From a virus (lineage: Duplodnaviria; Caudoviricetes), in IMG/VR virus record IMGVR_UViG_3300005077_000032, positions 1 to 44,742 of that record: DNA of 44,742 nucleotides. One strand, 5' to 3'. A model generated the notes under the pieces. It searched no databases. It was not told the origin of the DNA and saw nothing but the letters and a program-made list of their open reading frames with translations. The translations under genes were made by a program, and so were the position numbers. Position 1 is the stretch's first letter. The number at the start of each line of letters is the position of its first letter. Below, one piece after another: positions 1-10,074 of this stretch.

Positions 1-4
1 ATTT

Positions 5-118
5 ATGAAGATGAGAATTACCACAAAAGAAAATCCACAAAGAATGACCAAAGAAGATATCTTCTTATTAATCAATACAAAATATGATGAATATAAAAAG
101 ATGATCGGAGTAGAATAA
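5..118 (+). CDS. Small hypothetical protein (may extend upstream of the window)
   Basis: MKMRITTKENPQRMTKEDIFLL...GVE*; TAA overlaps the next ATG (TAATG). Confidence 0.45.
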   Translation: MKMRITTKENPQRMTKEDIFLLINTKYDEYKKMIGVE

Positions 119-291
119 TGGAACCATTTACAGTTGGAGCATTATTAGGAGCAATGTATTATTGATCAAATAGAGAGAATAAGAAAAAAGAATATTCTCC
201 TCCAAAGAGAGAAGGTCATATATGAGTTAATCACAAGGGAGTATTCTATAGCATTCCAGATCGTGATACACACTATGTAAAGGAAATATAA
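118..291 (+). CDS. Small hypothetical protein with hydrophobic N-terminus
   Basis: MEPFTVGALLGAMYYW...; 2 in-frame TGA; fills the gap between neighbours exactly under code 4. Confidence 0.6.
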
Positions 292-293
292 TC

Positions 294-560
294 ATGCAAC
301 TCTATAAACTACACACATTTATTTACAAAGATAAAATAAGAAACGTATTCGTAACTGAATCAGATGATCACCTACTAGCAGGATATGAAATACCAGATGA
401 CAAGTATAAAGACTTCTTAATTGAAGAGTTAAGCAAGACATTTGCACTATTAGAAATGAATCAAAAAGTAGCATTTGCAAGAATGTTGGAGAATCTCAAA
501 AAAAATAATCTATTAACATTCAAAAAGTATAAAAAAAATGAAATAAAAAGGACAAGATAA
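294..560 (+). CDS. Hypothetical protein
   Basis: 88 aa ORF with upstream AAGGA; no Trp. Confidence 0.65.
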   Translation: MQLYKLHTFIYKDKIRNVFVTESDDHLLAGYEIPDDKYKDFLIEELSKTFALLEMNQKVAFARMLENLKKNNLLTFKKYKKNEIKRTR

Positions 561-562
561 TT

Positions 563-940
563 ATGGCATGAATACTAGGAATATTGCTATTTATAAGCAT
601 TGGAATCAATATATTTCAATATAAAACAATAAAACTAAGGACAATGAACTTTGGAAAACAAATTAATATATTAAATGCAAGATTTATGAAGATAATGGAA
701 AGGTATGAAATGATGGTATTGTTTATGGATGGTATCGTAAACAATCCAAGATATGCTGAAACTTATGTGAAGTTCGATCCAATCATTCAAGAGATCATCA
801 ACAAGATAAGAGACTTTCAGACAACTTTGGTTAATATATTCAATGTAAAACTTGATGAAATTGAAGACAATGAAGACGCTACTGTGCCTCAAGATTTACA
901 GCAAGGAGAAAGAATACATGAAGAAAGTAGAAATCAATAA
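563..940 (+). CDS. Hypothetical membrane-anchored coiled-coil protein
   Basis: With TGA=Trp it starts at ATG 563: MAWILGILLFISIGINIFQY (one TM helix), then a helical region. Confidence 0.65.
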
Positions 941-1676
941 TAAAGGAATATATTGACCTGATGAAGTTGATGAAGCAATTTGATTGTTCATAGATGAAAA
1001 GAATGAAGAAGAAAGAAACAGGATTTATAGCAAGTATATTCACAATGCATTGACTAGCTTGATAGATGCATTGATTCATAAGTTCAAGTTCAATGGATTG
1101 GAAGGAAGTGAAATAGATGTAGATTGATTAAGATCAGAATGCTATTTGAAGTTTCTGGAAATCATAGACAAGGGTTATTTAGATCCATCCAAAGGTAGAC
1201 CTTTCAATTATCTCACTTCAGTATTGAAGTTTCACATGATAGCGGTTAGAAAGCTATCTCACAAGCAGAAGTTGATATTGGAATCGAATTACTTTGGAAA
1301 TGAAGAATTCATCTATAATGAAAGTGAATCCGAAGAGGATTATTTTCCAATAGAAAGAGCGATTTCCATATTGGAAGAAGAAGAGGAAGAAGAGGATGCA
1401 TCACTCATAACTTATGCCAAAATCATGGAATATTTAAAAGATGATATAAAGAATAATCGATTTGCTTCCACAAAGGAAGGTATATTTGCTCAACAACTAT
1501 TGGAATTAATGGAATCATTGCAGAAATTTACATTTCAAAACAAGTTCTTTATCAAGTTCATGTTGAGGGAATTGTCTACTACAGCAGGATGCTCGATGAA
1601 ACCTTTCACGATCAATTACTATCTATTGAAATTCTGAAAGAGATATAAGAAGAGAATGCAGTCAGAATTGAATTAA
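918..1676 (+). CDS. Phage late-transcription sigma factor (T4 gp55-like, sigma region 2)
   Basis: ...DEAIWLF...ERNRIYSKYIH...DWLRSECYLKFLE...LDPSKGRPFNYLTSVLK matches the sigma region-2 FDPxKGxxFxY pattern; SD AAGGAG upstream; 4 in-frame TGA. Confidence 0.7.
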
Positions 1677-1758
1677 AGATAATTATACAGTTTTTTTTGT
1701 CAAACCCGGATATATCCAGTAATTTCATTTTTATCTGTATGAATTATTCTATATTATC

Positions 1759-1793
1759 AGTGGTAGTATATATATACTAATAGTGGTAGTATA
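1759..1793. repeat. Direct repeat AGTGGTAGTATA x2 overlapping the perfect palindrome TAGTATATATATACTA (1764-1779)
   Basis: Read directly: copies at 1759-1770 and 1782-1793, just upstream of the AGGAG SD of the HNH gene. Confidence 0.85.
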
Positions 1794-1805
1794 GGAGATA
1801 TTCGC

Positions 1806-2405
1806 ATGACAAATTTAAAAAAAGTACAATTGGAAATTAATGAGCTTGAAGAAATCAAGAGAAATCAAATTCAACAAGGATTGAATCTTTGAAAGAAGGA
1901 TGAGAATAGACTTAAAAGATTGATTCTAAAAAAAGAACAACTTGAAAAACCAAAAGAATCAAAAATAAAGACTCCAGAACAACTTCAAAGAGCAAGAGAT
2001 AAATCCAAAGAATGAAGAAAGAAGAATTTCATTCGACAGCGATGAATAAGCTTAAAAAATAGACAAACAGTAACCATATCTTGAGATGATTTTTATAAAT
2101 GATGAAATGAAACTCCAGATATATGTGAATATTGCGGAATAACAATAGATAAATACTTATTTCTAAAGGAAAAATGTGAATCTATAAAAAATAAATCAAC
2201 TGCAATGAAACAATTATTAGTAGCTAATACAATGTCAGTTGAAAGAATTGATTCTGATAGAGGATATGATAAGGATAATATAGTTAAGGCTTGCATGATT
2301 TGTAACGCTACAAAGGGTTCCAACATAGATTATGATGATTATAAACTCATTGCAAAATCTGTGATGATGAAGTTAGTCAAAAAGATTAAAGTTGGGCTAG
2401 ATTAA
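1806..2405 (+). CDS. HNH (His-Me finger) endonuclease
   Basis: CEYCG ... MSVERIDSDRGYDKDNIVKACMICNATKG; both CxxC pairs lie in one ORF only with TGA=Trp; SD AGGAG at 1793. Confidence 0.8.
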
Positions 2406-2440
2406 ATTGAAATTATACTGAATACTGATATCAACTTCTC

Positions 2441-2471
2441 TTGACTTTTACAATTTATCTTCGTATCTTGG
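2441..2471 (+). promoter_or_regulatory. Host-RNA-polymerase (early-type) promoter
   Basis: TTGACT-17 nt-TATCTT (sigma70-like); also fits the FCB-group pattern TTG-N20-TAnnTTTG with one mismatch (TATCTTGG); SD AAGGAG at 2485-2490. Confidence 0.65.
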
Positions 2472-2497
2472 AGCAAATCCAAACAAGGAGAATGATC

Positions 2498-2905
2498 ATG
2501 AAGAAGCTTCAGAGTGCTGCCGAAGTGATGGCAAATCTTATGGATGGTGTCAAGATTGCAAAGAGTAATTGGTCTAATGCTTTAAATTGTTATGTTACAA
2601 TATACAATGGCAGGATTGTAATTGTCAACTCTGAGACATATGAAATAAATGATTTTGATGGATCATTCAATGATGATAATTGGTATGTTTGGGAAAAGCC
2701 GATTGTCAAGTTTGATTTCATGACTGCCGTAAGGTATATGGGAGATGGCAAGAAGGTTAGAGTTTGTGACGGTGATAATGATTATGTTTATTATAAAGAT
2801 GATGATGGTGAAATTGTGATGATTGATGTTGATGGTGATTGTTGGCCCGCGAATTTCTACGATTATCAAAGCATGTCCGATCAATGGTATATTCATGAAG
2901 ATTAA
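2498..2905 (+). CDS. Acidic protein with two tandem DUF2829/Tad2-like repeats; putative early anti-defence protein
   Basis: Repeat 1 AEVMANLMDGVKIAKSNW...DDNWYV; repeat 2 FDFMTAVRYMGDGKKVR...SDQWYI; all 5 Trp are TGG; own promoter and terminator. Confidence 0.6.
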   Translation: MKKLQSAAEVMANLMDGVKIAKSNWSNALNCYVTIYNGRIVIVNSETYEINDFDGSFNDDNWYVWEKPIVKFDFMTAVRYMGDGKKVRVCDGDNDYVYYKDDDGEIVMIDVDGDCWPANFYDYQSMSDQWYIHED

Positions 2906-2937
2906 CCAATCATAACAAATTCAAACATGACAATTAC

Positions 2938-2961
2938 AAGGGAGCAAATGCTCCCTTTTTT
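2938..2961 (+). terminator. Intrinsic (rho-independent) terminator
   Basis: AAGGGAGC-AAAT-GCTCCCTT stem-loop followed by a T run, just downstream of the 2498-2905 gene. Confidence 0.85.
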
Positions 2962-3007
2962 CATTATATAAATATCTGTTAATGCAAAGGTTAGATTTCC
3001 TTAATAC

Positions 3008-3024
3008 TTGTGCCTTTGGCACAA
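3008..3024. repeat. Perfect inverted repeat TTGTGCC-TTT-GGCACAA
   Basis: Read directly in the intergenic region upstream of the long co-oriented gene run. Confidence 0.7.
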
Positions 3025-3118
3025 ATTTATATAGTAGATAAAAATAGAAACAAAGGATATTAATTGACATTGAACAAATACAATCATTTTACCTATATAA
3101 AAGAAAAAGGATACCATC

Positions 3119-3553
3119 ATGGCAATCGAGAATGAAGATCTTTTTGATGGCAAGAAGATATCGGACATATTGAAAGAATACTATCACCATCTAAAAGAAG
3201 ATCGTAACGAAGTGACAGGATTAATCAAGGATTTAAAGATCAACAAACCACTCATAAGCCCTTTCGAAGCCGAGGGGAGGGCTAGGCTTATATCCGTCTT
3301 GTTGGACAACAAGCAGAAGACCACAACCGGCCTGATCAACATTGCAAATGCCGCTGCAAGGCTTCAGGGAAATCAATCTAGGAAAAAGGAAGACGGCACA
3401 ACTGACATCTTCTCTCAGGCTCTAGAAGCGATGGAAGCAAGAAAGGAATTGAAGCAATTGAAATCCTCGAAGGAAATAGACGAAGTGGAGGATTTAGTAA
3501 AGCAAATGGAGACATTGAATGAAACAGCGCGATCTATCAACGAAGAAGATTAA
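3119..3553 (+). CDS. Large-phage hypothetical helical protein
   Basis: LFDGKKISDILKEYY... helical protein; SD AAGGA; no Trp. Confidence 0.7.
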   Translation: MAIENEDLFDGKKISDILKEYYHHLKEDRNEVTGLIKDLKINKPLISPFEAEGRARLISVLLDNKQKTTTGLINIANAAARLQGNQSRKKEDGTTDIFSQALEAMEARKELKQLKSSKEIDEVEDLVKQMETLNETARSINEED

Positions 3554-3842
3554 CGATGCGGCCAAGTCTAGCATTGTACTTGAAGCTCAGAAAGAATTCA
3601 TGTTGAACACCAATGAAGACTTATTGAATAGACGAACAGAACTATTTGAAAAGATCGTAAAGTTCTACCAAAATGAATACATTCCAGTCATAGAGAAACA
3701 TGCTACCATTCTTACTTTATGAAACAAGTTGAATGTAGCGTTGTCATTGAGAGGAGCATTGTCTGAAACTCAAGTAAAAGAAACAAACCTATTACTTGAT
3801 AACAAATTGAAGCATATGTTTTCTCGACAAGGGGATATATAA
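3519..3842 (+). CDS. Hypothetical protein
   Basis: Supplied ORF extended through TGA 3720 to TAA 3840. Confidence 0.55.
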
Positions 3843-4034
3843 GGATATGAATGATCCTATTAGTAAAATTTCTGTGCCGATTTTTTATATGTAAAGGGAA
3901 TGATGAGGAGGGTTTTACCCCATACACAACGCACCCAATTTTTCAAAGTCATGGAGGAAAATTCCATTGAAAAAATGAAACATGATTGATTCAAAAAATA
4001 GCGGGGAAAATTTTTAAATTGACAAGGAAAAAAC

Positions 4035-4280
4035 ATGAACATGAACATGTATGAAAGATTGATGAACGAGATAACGACTTCGAGAATGGCATACGACATT
4101 CTTTCCAATCTGAATCGCGGAAAATCCTTTTCGGTCGTGGACAAGAACATTCTCTTGAAGAAGAGAAAGAATGTCTTTGTCTTGACCGTCGATGGAAAGG
4201 AGGCGATTCGAATTCAGCATTACGATGTCGATGATGTGATTGATTTGATAAGGAATTACGATTGAAGAATGGTGAAGTAG
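4035..4280 (+). CDS. Small protein carrying the MNMYERLxNE leader shared with the module family
   Basis: 23 nt at 4041-4063 identical to 4569-4591; ends at TAG 4278 after one TGA. Confidence 0.65.
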
Positions 4281-4282
4281 AC

Positions 4283-4507
4283 ATGAAGGAAGCGAATCGC
4301 GCGGTTCCGTTCGAACCGAAGAGACATTTCGAAGTGATCGAGATGGAGACTGGACTGATCGTGGTTCGACCGGATGGAAGAAGAGCATGGCTTTCGGAAT
4401 TCGAAGCGGATGAACTTCGAAAGGAATTGCATGATGCTGGATTCGATGATTTCACGAACAATGACGAAGCGGACGAGATCATTGAGAAATGAGTTGGATA
4501 TCAATAA
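4283..4507 (+). CDS. Small acidic hypothetical protein
   Basis: MKEANRAVPF...EIIEKWVGYQ*; starts 2 nt after the previous stop. Confidence 0.6.
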
Positions 4508-4568
4508 AAGAACCGATTGATTGTCAATTGCATTGAATGAAAAATTAAAAATCGTGGACACTTTTAAT

Positions 4569-5420
4569 ATGAACATGTATGAAAGATTGATAAATGAAAT
4601 TTTGATGATGGAAGGTCTTCGATCTGCCAAGAAGAGATTCAATGCTATTGTTTGCGATGAATTTATTGAAAAAATTGCTGAAATATGCGATCCTTCCAAG
4701 ACAAAGAAATACACTGAATGAATCGTTCATCAATTCATCAAGAGCGTGGAAAAAAATAAAGTTGATGGTTCATATTCATTTTCTAAATGGATCGCTTTTG
4801 ATAACATTTATGAAATTTCCAAAAAATTTTCTGAAGAATTTGATCAATGAAAGAAATGAGGAATTTTTGATTGATCAATTGATTGGTTGCCGAAATATGA
4901 TCTCTGCGTAAATCGAAAATTGATAACTGGAAAGGATGCTGACATTTACAGTTATGACATGGAATCGCAAAGCGACATGGCAAGATTTAATAAAATTTTA
5001 CGAAATGCCATAAATAAGATCAATCAAAGAAATTTGGAGAAGGTTCCACACGCTCAACGATTTCAATACGAGGACAGTCAGATTTTTTTCGTGAAAACGA
5101 GAGAGCAAGCTTGCAAATATGGGTACAGAACCACTTGATGCACATCTTCGATCAATGCTCCAAATCCTTTTAACGACTATAATTCAAAATTCTATGTATT
5201 TTTTGTCGTGAACAATAACAAAAAATACATGGTCATGGTGTCAAAAAATAAAAGATTTTTGGCAATCGAAGATGATGATTTACCATTTTATACAGACAGT
5301 GTTGAAGTTTGAAATCAAAAAAACGAACGACTAGATATGAAGGATATGAAGAGCTTCTTTGACAACATTATTCCTTTTAAATTCTTTAAAGATATCATCA
5401 AAAAGGAAATTGATAACTAA
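4569..5420 (+). CDS. DPxPxKKY/WC-module protein, copy 1 (putative internal head/injected protein)
   Basis: MMEGLRSA...DPSKTKKYTEW...GKDADIYSY...ACKYGYRTTWCTS; 283 aa under code 4. Confidence 0.8.
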
Positions 5421-5431
5421 AGGAAATTGAT

Positions 5432-6187
5432 ATGACGATTTATGAACGATTGATTTCAGAGATTTATTTAATGGAAGGACTTCGATCTGCTCTGAAAAGG
5501 TTCGGCAATGTGCTTTCGCAAGAATTCATCGAATGAGTGGTCTTGTATTTTGATCCGACTCCTCAAAAGAAATACGCGGAATGAATTCTTCGAGAATTCA
5601 TCAAGAACAAAAATTTCAAAAATGTAAAGGACAATGTGAACAAGATCATGGATAAATTCGAAACGCATTATAATTCAATGCATTTCCGAAGATCTTGATT
5701 TCCATCGGCTCGAAACACACTGAAAAGCTTTGAAGATTTGAAGGATACCAAGCATTTGAAAGGAATCGATGTTTATCAATTTTCTTTTACAGAATTGTTT
5801 CTTCTTGTCCAAGATGCCGAGAAAAAAAGAGACGAAGAAGTACAAAAAAAGAATGAAAGAATGGCGAAGATTTTAGGGCCGAAAGCGGAGAGAAAGCAGA
5901 TTGGAAAATGATTGGTCGTGAAATGTGCGAACATGCATGAAGCCATGTATTGAGGTTCTGGAGCGAACTGGTGCATGTCGACAAAATCAAGATCGAATCA
6001 ATTTGATGCATATGCTAGAACTCATGAAATATTCATTCTCAAAAATGAAGATGAAATGTTTGCCGTATTGGTGGATTGAAGCGATTATGGGGTTCAAATA
6101 TGAACGAAATCAAACGACAAAATGGACAAGGACATCTCGATTGAGAAAATGTTCGGATTCGAACTGTCGAAATTGTATGATTTTTAA
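5432..6187 (+). CDS. DPxPxKKY/WC-module protein, copy 2
   Basis: LMEGLRSA...DPTPQKKYAEW...GIDVYQF...AMYWGSGANWCMS (this motif W is TGG at 5969); absent from the supplied track. Confidence 0.8.
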
Positions 6188-6200
6188 AGGAAAGCGAAGC

Positions 6201-6494
6201 ATGAACATAAGAAGTATGATCAACGAAGGAATCAATTCAGCCATCAAGAAGTATGGCAAGCATGTTGGCCAGAAATTCATTCAAGCGGTCGCGGATGTTC
6301 TAGATCCATCTCCGACGAAGAAGTATGTGGAATGAATCGTTGCCACATTTCTGAGGAGGATCATGATTATATGCAAGGCTTGGATCTCTATGAATCTTTG
6401 ATCATGCATGAATCTTTGATCATGCATGAATCTTTGAACAAACAAACGAATGCATATTATAGATTGCTGGAGGATTAAACATGAAGAGATTTAA
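6201..6494 (+). pseudogene. Truncated DPxPxKKY/WC-module gene (N-terminal ~50 aa only) joined out of frame to another gene's 3' end
   Basis: MNIRSMINEG...DPSPTKKYVEW, then similarity stops near 6350; another frame reads EEDHDYMQGLDLYESLIMHESL...LLED* (TAA 6476). Confidence 0.55.
6390..6437. repeat. Tandem repeat ATGAATCTTTGATCATGC x2.7
   Basis: Units at 6390-6407 and 6408-6425, partial unit 6426-6437. Confidence 0.9.
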
Positions 6495-7188
6495 TTTCAA
6501 TTGAACTCAAGTGCGCGTCAGCGACGATGAGGAGTCGAACAAGATTCTGGCTGAAGAAATTCTTGAAAATGGATTGTACATGCTGAACGGTGGCATGGAA
6601 GCTTGATGCTACGATGTATTGGATGGTGAAGAAGACAGGAAATGATATCATGACGATGCTGGATATTTCTTCATGGTTGCCTATGCCGACGAGGCTCCTG
6701 TCGCTTCAGCCGCATTCGGTCGATCCACGAATCTTTATCAGGTATATGTTGAAAGGGCATATCGATCCTATGGGCTTTCGAAATTGTTGACGAAGATGGC
6801 AAGGAAGCTGTGAAGTCGAAATTTGAAAGCGGTGTATTGAAACCGTCAGGCTGGAAGGTTCTTCAAGAGCGAAGGAATACCACATCTTGAAAATCCAGAA
6901 TATCCAATGAAGGAAAACAAGAACATGACAATATTTGATGAATTGATGAATGAAATAAAAAGATCTCAGGCTTGAGATCAAGTTTCAAGAGGAGAATTGA
7001 AGAAGGCTCTGGATTCTGGAGCCAGAATTCGAATGGTTCATTGAAAACATGCTGCTCCGAATCGATTCGTCTCGATTGGAGACGATGGAAGATACTACAT
7101 TCACGATACGGATAATCCAGAAGTGGATGGACGAACCATATCAATTTATTTATTGTCTCAATTCGATTGGGAGTCGTTGAATGCATAA
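6481..7188 (+). CDS. GNAT acetyltransferase fused to a C-terminal DUF2829/Tad2-like domain
   Basis: QVYVERAYRSYGLSKLL (motif A) and NRQAGRFFKSEG (motif B); then MTIFDELMNE leader and KKALDSGARIRMVHW...LLSQFDWE; SD GGAGG upstream. Confidence 0.65.
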
Positions 7189-8554
7189 GAAAATCATGAA
7201 TGAAGGAATCCGTTCCGCTTTCAAGAAGTATTTAAAAAAGTTTTCGAGGAAGCAGATTGAAAAAATCGCAGAATATGCCGATCCGACTCCTAAAAAGAAG
7301 TATTTGGAATGACTTTGCAAGCAAGCCGTTGATTTTAATTTGCAAGACCTTTGATTCGGTAGTCAGGATGATAGAATAAATGCTTTGTATATGAATTTAT
7401 ATTTCACAACTCTTAAACAATTCGAATTCCTTGTTCAGAGAAATCAATTGGTTGGAAAGGAAGCCGACATCAATTCTTATGAAAGTTATATATCTGTGTG
7501 ACAAAAAGTCAAAGATAAATATTTTGAATATAAACTTGAACAGGGAAAGAAAAATGAAAAGGCACCATCGTTTTGACACAATGGATTTCATATCTATTAC
7601 ATCACGAACATAAGTCAAGCCATCAAGTACGGGGCGAATACGAAATGATGCATTTCGGCAAAGACTGCCACGAATCAATTTGAAAAATATTATGAAAAAA
7701 ATCATATATTCATTTTGATTACGGAAAATGTAAAATATGCCGTTTTAATAAATAGACAAGATTTTCAAAAATTCAATGTTTTCAACGAACAGGATCTCAA
7801 TATTTCTTTGAAATGAGATGTATATCGAACCATTCCCAAAGAGGTGTTCATGAAAATAATCAATCAATCTCCAATCAAGGAGGGAACCAATTCGGCATTT
7901 GCAAAATTCAAGAGACTTCTTCCAAACGAAGACAAAGCATGATTTCATCGTCTTTCCAATGTCGATCCAACTTCTCAAAAGAAATATCTTGACAAAATGG
8001 TTGAATGATTCGCAGTCTATGTGAACAACAATCAGGACATATATGATGTGTGAGATCAGCGTGACAGGCAAGATTTCGAAAGAGGAAAAGATGCGCAAAC
8101 TCGCATGATCGGAGATGCAATACATACATTTCATTATCTGATTAAAAATCATCGAATTTCTGGAAGAGTTGCGGACATTCAATCATACAAGGATTATTAT
8201 GATCTTAAAAGATTCGTTGACGAACAACAATACAGTCTTTCAAATAGACAAAAGAAAATAGCAACAAGCCACAAAGGAGTGGAATTCATTTTCCAGAATG
8301 ACAAGTACATCATGTACAAGTTGAAGACTCCAGAAGCTTCGTCATTTTTCTGCAAGGGTACTGGATGATGCATTCGATTTCGAGATTCGTTCGTTTCAAG
8401 AATCAGTCGTTTGACGAATCTTTATTATATCAATGAAAAGGGAACCGACAACAAATACATTGTGGAGATGATGGTCGATCATTTTTACAGTTGAGTTCAT
8501 TATTCAAAAACTGGAGGGGGCAATGGATTTGGCGATACAGATGAACCTTGGTAA
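7181..8554 (+). CDS. Tandem two-module DPxPxKKY/WC protein; probably extended to 8728 before an internal TAA arose
   Basis: DPTPKKKYLEW...YGANTKWCIS, linker SPIKEG, DPTSQKKYLD...FCKGTGWCIR; TAA at 8552, but the same frame continues protein-like to TAA 8726. Confidence 0.75.
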
Positions 8555-8712
8555 TATTTTGAAGGCATACCGAAGGAGCATTTCAGAAAATTCTGATTGG
8601 ATTACAGTGACTGAAAGTGGAGGCGCGATGTTTGCAAGAAGCATGGAGCATTGGAGAGTTTCAATTTCTGAATTAAGAAATTCATAGAAAACAACAAGCT
8701 GGAGGCACCGGA

Positions 8713-10074
8713 ATGACTGATAAATTAAACGAGGGATATCGAGCAGCATTGGAAAGATATGTCAACAAGTTGAATCAGGAAACAATTCAATTCATTGCCA
8801 ACGAAATCGATCCGTCTCCAACAAAGAAATATACAGAATGATTTTGTGGAATAATATGACACACCTTTCCAGACTGAATGCATGTTTTCAAATATGCCAA
8901 ATGAGACATGGTTTCTACATATAGACCAGTTTTTGAAGAATTTAATGAAATGTGCAAGAAGAAATATATTTCTGGAAGGGCGGCGGACATCTATTCGTAT
9001 AAGAATATAAAAGATCTTCGAGAGGCAGTGGATGCAGCTTATGATCGATACATGCAGAAGAAAAAGATTCCAGTTAAAAAATTTCAATACAACGATTTAT
9101 GAATTCTTCAGATTGAAACCAAGGAACAAGCCATCAAGTATGGTCGCAAAACGAATTGATGCATATCTGCTGTGGTGTATCCGAATAAGTTTCATGAATA
9201 TAATGAAAAATATCATGTATTTATTGTTTTGTATCGAACATTGAAATATTGCGTCTTGATAGGAAGGGAAAAAGCAAAACACATGATATTCGTTTACAAC
9301 GAAAAAGACATTTCAGTTCCATCGGAAGAAGTGTTCAATCATGTTCCAAAAGAAATATTCTTCAACATCATAAATCATGGAAACATGAATGAAAGCTTGA
9401 ACAAGGCATTGGCAAGATACGCTTACAAGCTTGAACCAAAATACATCAGAATGGTGGCTTCAAACATCGATCCGTCTCCGACGAAGAAATATACGGAATG
9501 AATTGTAGACAAGATTGTAAAATATTTCAAACCGCTTCTTGCTCCAACAAAACTGCAATCGGAATATGAAAAATGATTGAGTTTGGAAAATTATTTTAAA
9601 AACATTATCGTTCCGTTTGACGAATTGGTGAAAAATCATGTGATTTCTGGAAGGGAAGCGGACATTTACTCTTATAATAAAATAGATCAATTTTCAAACT
9701 TTGTTAAAAAAAAGCATTATGAATACATCAACAAGAAAAAAGTTCCTGTTAAGAAATTCAAGCATGAAAACTGATGAATCTTGAAAATTGAAAATCAAGA
9801 ACAAGCAATTCGATATGGAAAAGGAACAAGATGATGTTTGTCATCCATCCATCATCGAAATGCGTTTAATGAATACAATGAAAATTGATATATTTTTTAT
9901 CTTTATTGTGGACTTGACAAGTTCACATATCTAATGAACAGGGAGGATAGAAACGAAATAGAAATCTATGACAATGAAGACAATGAAGTCGAACCGGGAT
10001 CTGGAGAATGGATGGATATAACCGATCAAATTCCAAGAAAAATATTCTTGGATATTATTAGGAACAATCGATAA
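8713..10074 (+). CDS. Tandem two-module DPxPxKKY/WC protein
   Basis: Two DPSPTKKYTEW...GRxADIYSY...YGxxTxWCxS units joined by GNMNES; TAATG coupling to the next gene. Confidence 0.82.

Noticed and set aside
1682-1703. Minus-strand TTGACA and TATAAT hexamers
   Set aside because: The spacer is only 10 nt (mostly a homopolymer) and it would point antisense into the sigma gene; not a canonical promoter
3119-3553. Terminase small subunit call
   Set aside because: Size and helical character fit, but there is no diagnostic motif and no adjacent large terminase
3847-4001. Tiny ORFs at 3847-3894 and 3900-4001
   Set aside because: Too short and without motifs; cannot be supported as genes
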